In this document: piece by piece, positions 59,500 to 64,000 of the stretch
Numbering within the stretch: position 1 is the first letter of the stretch
How the letters are laid out: the number at the start of each line of letters is the position of its first letter
NCBI RefSeq assembly: GCF_028641065.1
Contig: NC_073385.1
Location: 21,452,001 to 21,516,000, forward strand
Direction: 5' to 3'
DNA length: 64,000 bases
Origin: Leucoraja erinacea
Lineage: Eukaryota
Program-made: the position numbers and the translations under genes
Notes under the pieces: model-generated
The model's input: the letters and a program-made list of their open reading frames with translations, nothing else
Told to the model about the DNA's origin: nothing
Databases searched by the model: none

Positions 59500-59825
59500 A
59501 ATTTAGTTTAGTTAATTCAAGTTTAGTTTAGAGATACATTGCGGAAGCAGGCCCTTCAGCCCACCGAGTCCACACAGACCAGCGATCCCCGCACATTGAC
59601 ACTACCCTACACACACAAGGGACAATTTATATTCATACCAAGTCAATTCACCTACAAACCTGCACATCTTTAGATGTGTGGGAGGAAACCGAAGATCTCA
59701 GAGAAAACCCACGAAGGTCACGGGCAGAATGTAAAAACTCCGCACTGACAAGCACCCATAGTCAGGATCGAACCTGGGTCTCTGGGGCTGTAAGGCAGCA
59801 ACTCTACCGCTGCGCCACTCAGCCA
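59500..59825 (-). mobile_element. HE1/V-SINE-like SINE, full length
   Basis: (tttag)n tail to ggcagcaactctaccgctgcgccac (A box reversed). Confidence 0.87.
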
Positions 59826-60124
59826 CCCACTGACTGTGCTCTCCAATCAAACCAAAGCCAGAGATTATAATTGAGTACAGGAGGTCAGTGTAGTGACCAT
59901 TTGGCTTAACTTAGTATGTTATCAATTATGGCATTTGGCTTTAAATTTTGTCTGCCTGTAATTATGTGGGTTGGGATTTATGACGTAATCGGAGGTGTGT
60001 TTGCTGCTGGGATTCTTCCGCAGAAGCTTGGAGTTTTTTAATTTAGTTCGGAAGAAGCATGGAGGGATGGCATAGCTTTTGACCATGTTCAGAGCTTTTT
60101 AACATGTCAGAGCCACATGCTGGA

Positions 60125-60275
60125 CAATGGACAATAGAAAATAGACAATAGGTGCAGAAGTAGGCCATTCAGCCCTTCGAGCCAGCACTGCCATTCAATG
60201 TGATCACGGCTGATCATCCCCAATCAGAACCCCGTTCCTGGCTTTTCCCCATATCCCCTGACCGCTATCTTTAAA
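60125..60275 (-). mobile_element. CR1 3' end, (CTATTGT)n tail
   Basis: atagacaataggtgcagaagtaggccattcagcccttcgagcc. Confidence 0.85.
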
Positions 60276-60277
60276 AG

Positions 60278-60760
60278 AGGGGGGAGAGAAGGGGGTGAAG
60301 GGGAGAGAAGGAGTGGAGACAACTTTTAAGAAGCCTGAGATATACGGCTGTGAAGCTCGGCGGACATTAACATTACCAGTCGGTTATCCTTGGTACTGAG
60401 AACTACTGCTCACGTTTTTTTCCCCCAATGAGCCAATGAAATTCAGCGGTCAGCCCGGCTACAACCTATGGCAACCTTCGACCTCCTGGCGACCCACTAG
60501 AACATCCTGGCGGCCCCACCTACGGCACAAGAATTCTCGCTACTCTCCATGGCGGCTTCATTCTGATCGCCGCTAATTTTTCAACATGTTGAAAATTCAC
60601 GGCGACCATAATGAGGCTGCGACTAGTTCCCAGAATGTGGGAACTCCTCACGACCGTGAAGGCGACTCCCCGGCAACCACCCGCGGACATGTGGCGACCA
60701 TGTGGCGACCGCATAGTCTCCTGCAATCGCATAAAAAGTTGCCTAAGTGGGACAGGCCCA
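60278..60760. mobile_element. Truncated Harbinger-type non-autonomous element (right end)
   Basis: Ends aagtgggacaggccca|TTA, sharing the TIR core with the 18414, 33700 and 53263 elements; many ggcgacc repeats. Confidence 0.75.
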
Positions 60761-60840
60761 TTACTGTCTCCGACTACATTTTATCTCTGTACCACCCACT
60801 CCCCTGACATCAGTCTGAAGAAGGGTCTCAACCCAAAACT
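60761..60840 (+). mobile_element. Penelope terminal region fragment
   Basis: ttactgtctccgac...gacatcagtctgaagaagggtctcaacccaaaac, homologous to 43163-43240. Confidence 0.78.
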
Positions 60841-60974
60841 GATCATTTATTGTATTTATTTGGTGTGCTGTTACAATTAATGTACCTGTAAATCTGCAGC
60901 AAAGAAAAATGTAATTGTTCTGGTCCCAATCATATGACATTCAAACACTCTTGACTCTTGAATAATCAGCTTTG

Positions 60975-61335
60975 ATGTATCAAACCATGAGAGGAATAAA
61001 TCGGGAAGATGCACAAAGTCTCGTGCCTAGAGCAGGTGAATTGAGGACCAGAGGATGTAGGGGGGAAAGGATTTAATGGGAATCTGAGGGGTAACTTTTT
61101 AACACAAAGGGTGGTGGGTGTACGGAACAAGCTGTCAGAGCAGAGGTAGTTGAGGCTGGGACTATCTGAACATTTTAGAAACAATTAGACAGGTACATGG
61201 ATAGGAGTGGTAGGACAGGGAGGGATATGGACAAAATGCAGGCAGGTGAGACTAGTATATTTTGGACATGTTGGCCTGTGCAGGCAAGTTGCGCCAAAGG
61301 GCCTGTTTCCACACTGTATCACTCTATGACTCTAT
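60975..61335 (+). mobile_element. CR1 3' end
   Basis: ctgaggggtaactttttaacacaaagggtggtgggt...ctatgactctat; matches 26270-26600. Confidence 0.85.
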
Positions 61336-61417
61336 CCCTTTTCTAGAGAGTCTTGTCAAGAGTGTTTAATTATCATGTGTACCAAACTAATTTGCAATGT
61401 CAGCGCAAGTCTTTACA

Positions 61418-61545
61418 AATGAATGAATGAATGAATAAGTTTATTGGCCAAGTATTCACATACAAGGAATTTGCCTTGGTGCTCCGCACGTAAGTGACAA
61501 CATGACATACAGTGACAATTAGGAATGACACATAAAACATTAAAA
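61418..61545 (-). mobile_element. LINE 3' end with (ATTC)n tail
   Basis: Minus strand aataaacttattcattcattcattc. Confidence 0.5.
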
Positions 61546-61549
61546 TGTT

Positions 61550-61840
61550 CATACCATTGGGTTGTACACTACACAGGTGGATTATAAAGTGTTGTTCCTC
61601 TAGTTTGCCTTGGGCCTTACCCTAGCAGTGGAGAAGGCTGAGGATGGACAGATCCGTGTGAGTGGGAAGGGGAATTAACATTTCATGCCATTGGGAGCTC
61701 GGGATGGCCATTGCAGACAGAGCAAAAGGGCTCTGCAAATTGCTCAGCTAGCCTGTGCTTTGTCTCGCCGATATAGACAAGGCCACATCGGAAGCAGGGA
61801 ATGCATTTGATAAAGTTGGAAGAGGCACACATGAAACTAC
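61550..61840 (-). mobile_element. Decayed Penelope GIY-YIG fragment
   Basis: Reverse of tttgtctcgccgatatagac = VYIGETK. Confidence 0.75.
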
Positions 61841-63029
61841 ACATTATTTACAGTTTCCTTGCAAATAGCCTTGTGCACAACAATGTTATTAACCTTTTTC
61901 CTCGTAATGATCGAGTGCAGGTTTATAAGGTAATCCTGTTTTAATTACATTTCCCATTATGCAGTTAATTTCATGTTAAGTTTCTCTCACGATCATTGTT
62001 GATCACTCAGACACAGCCTGCCATAAGGGGAGTGCTGCAGTTTATTATGTTGCGATCGTGTTCAAGTGGACCACGTCTGCTCTGAGTGAAATGTCCCGCC
62101 ACAGTGTTAATTAAAGGATGCATCAGGGTCCATCCAAAGACCAAGGCATTATTGCCAGATCATGATTGGGATCAGTATTTGAACATTTCACTGTTGATTG
62201 ATAGAAAACGCGAATATGAATGAAGATGGAAAATCATCTCTTGAACAGATGATGTTTGTATTGGGTTGGGGAGTGGTGGGGAAACGACGGTTAGAAAAGT
62301 AATTAATTTTGCTGATGCTGATAAAGCTTTGATCACAGAGCAGATGAAAGTGATTGAAAGTCAGCACTGGACTATCAAGGGTTGAGCAAACAAACTGCTA
62401 ATGATCTTTTTATCGTCAGCTTGAGGACGCTTGTAAAAAAAATCTATGAACTCACATCTTAGGTGCCTCAGATTATTCACATTCCAAGATAAAATAACAT
62501 CTTATTCAAGACTACAGTTTAAATAAAAATTGGATGGATTATGTTTTTCTACAATCTAGGTCATGAATCTTAAATTAATACATTAAAAACAAGTCAGGTA
62601 TTGATGGTGTGGTTGAACGCTCCCTCCCAGATAAAGTTGAAAATCTATCTAAATGTCTCCATTATCAAAACTCATTGACAGAGAGATTACAATCTGTAAA
62701 TTACAATGTTACAAGCATTGCGGTGAACATAATAATGAGATTAGAACAATCCAGCCCATGTCGCCATTAGCAAACCTGTAATGAAATGTACACTCTGTGC
62801 AGGCTTCCTCCTTAGATTGTAAAGGCATTTAATATAATACATATATCTATAGCTAAATTATATAATTTAATTAATTTAAGGGAAATTAAATCAATTTTCT
62901 AGATGTTGCCTTTCTGACCATGTTTTGTAACTGCCAGTGATTCTGGAAAACTATCTTTGCTTAACAGCGATTGGTAGTGTGGAATTTCTCGTGCTTTGTG
63001 GAATGCTTTCCACAGGTTTACTTTTTATT

Positions 63030-63332
63030 TTACTTTTGCAAAACAGTGCAGAAACAAGCTCTTCAGCCCACCGAGTCCACGCTGATCAGCCATCACCCCG
63101 CACCGTACACTAACACTATCCTACAAATCCTAGGGACAATTTTACTGAAGCCAATAAACCAGCAAACCTGTATGTCTCCGGAGTGTGGGAGGAAACTGCA
63201 GCACCCAGAGAAATCTCACGCAGTTACAGAGAGAGAGTAGAAGCTCCATACAGACAGCACCCTTAGTCAAGATCGAACCTGGGTCTCTGGTGCTGTAAGG
63301 CAGCAACTCTACCGCGAAAACATTGTGCTGCC
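63030..63332 (-). mobile_element. HE1/V-SINE-like SINE
   Basis: gatcgaacctgggtctctggtgctgtaaggcagcaactctacc. Confidence 0.83.
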
Positions 63333-63639
63333 CTAAACTGTTCATAGTCTTCCTGCAGTCAAGAGGGCTTTATGATATGCACTTATCTTTGGTGTCTAAA
63401 GTCTCCAAGATATTGTAAGCTATTGGTTATCAATTTAATCAAATCTGCCTCAAGTTTAATTTTAAAAAGCTCAGTATAAAACATAAGGAAGAGGAGCAGG
63501 GATAAGCCATTTATCACCTCAATAGTGGCCCATCATTGCTTAACAACATGGCTGAACCAATTTCCATTTTATTTCCTCATATCTCTTGATTCCCTTGTAG
63601 TTCCGTACTCTCAATCGCTGTCTTTGCTTCTTCATTCTA

Positions 63640-63850
63640 GGGTATGAATACTTATGTAAATGCGATATTTCAGTTATTTCTTTTTAATTACCTTACAAAT
63701 ATTTCAAAACATCTGTCTTTGCTTCTTCATTCTAGGGTATTGTGAGAAGATTGATGATAAATACATGAATTTAATCTATTTTAAGATAAGGCTGTGACAT
63801 AACAAAATATGGAAAAAGTGAAAGGGTCTGAATACTTTCTGAATGCACTG
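63640..63850. mobile_element. Terminal inverted repeat (IR/DR type) of a Tc1-like transposon
   Basis: Ends ...gggtctgaatactttctgaatgcactg|TA (reverse CAGTGCATTCAGAAAGTATTCAGACCC); inner direct repeat ggtatgaatactt ~185 bp upstream of the outer one. Confidence 0.82.
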
Positions 63851-63919
63851 TATCTATCCGTTAGCCAGTTATCCCTGGATCCCATATAATCTACCTTTTT
63901 AGAATAACTTATCATATGG

Positions 63920-64000
63920 AAACAAAGAACTGCAGATGATGGTTTATTTCAAAGATAGATAGAGGTGCTGGAGTAACTCAGCGGGTCAGGCAGCATCAAT
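63920..64000 (-). mobile_element. Penelope terminal fragment at the window edge
   Basis: gaactgcagatgatggttt...gctggagtaactcagcgggtcaggcagcatc. Confidence 0.75.

Overview
Vertebrate genomic DNA, most likely from a cartilaginous fish (skate or ray), judged from the repeat complement: CR1 LINEs with microsatellite tails, HE1/V-SINE-like tRNA SINEs and abundant Penelope-like elements. The only host coding sequence I can support is the terminal coding exon of the EAG-family potassium channel KCNH5 (Kv10.2) at 2930-3874 (+). It is followed by a probable long 3' UTR and ~50 kb of repeat-dense intergenic DNA with several AT-rich, repeat-free blocks that look like conserved non-coding elements. Almost all other ORFs in the track are TE fragments or noise. 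The most notable observation is a set of short (~90-280 bp) Penelope-derived insertions carrying a minimal hammerhead-ribozyme core (CUGAAGA-A-stemII-GAAACGUC). Several are fold-back inverted repeats flanked by 10-14 bp target-site duplications. Also present are a PIF/Harbinger family (one deleted transposase-bearing copy plus MITEs, 3-bp TSDs), a probable non-autonomous Helitron, a teleost-like Tc1 end, a GC-rich ORF-less retroposon and an AmnSINE1/DeuSINE-like relic. Family names come from recalled motifs, not database searches. TE boundaries are approximate unless a TSD or TIR is quoted.
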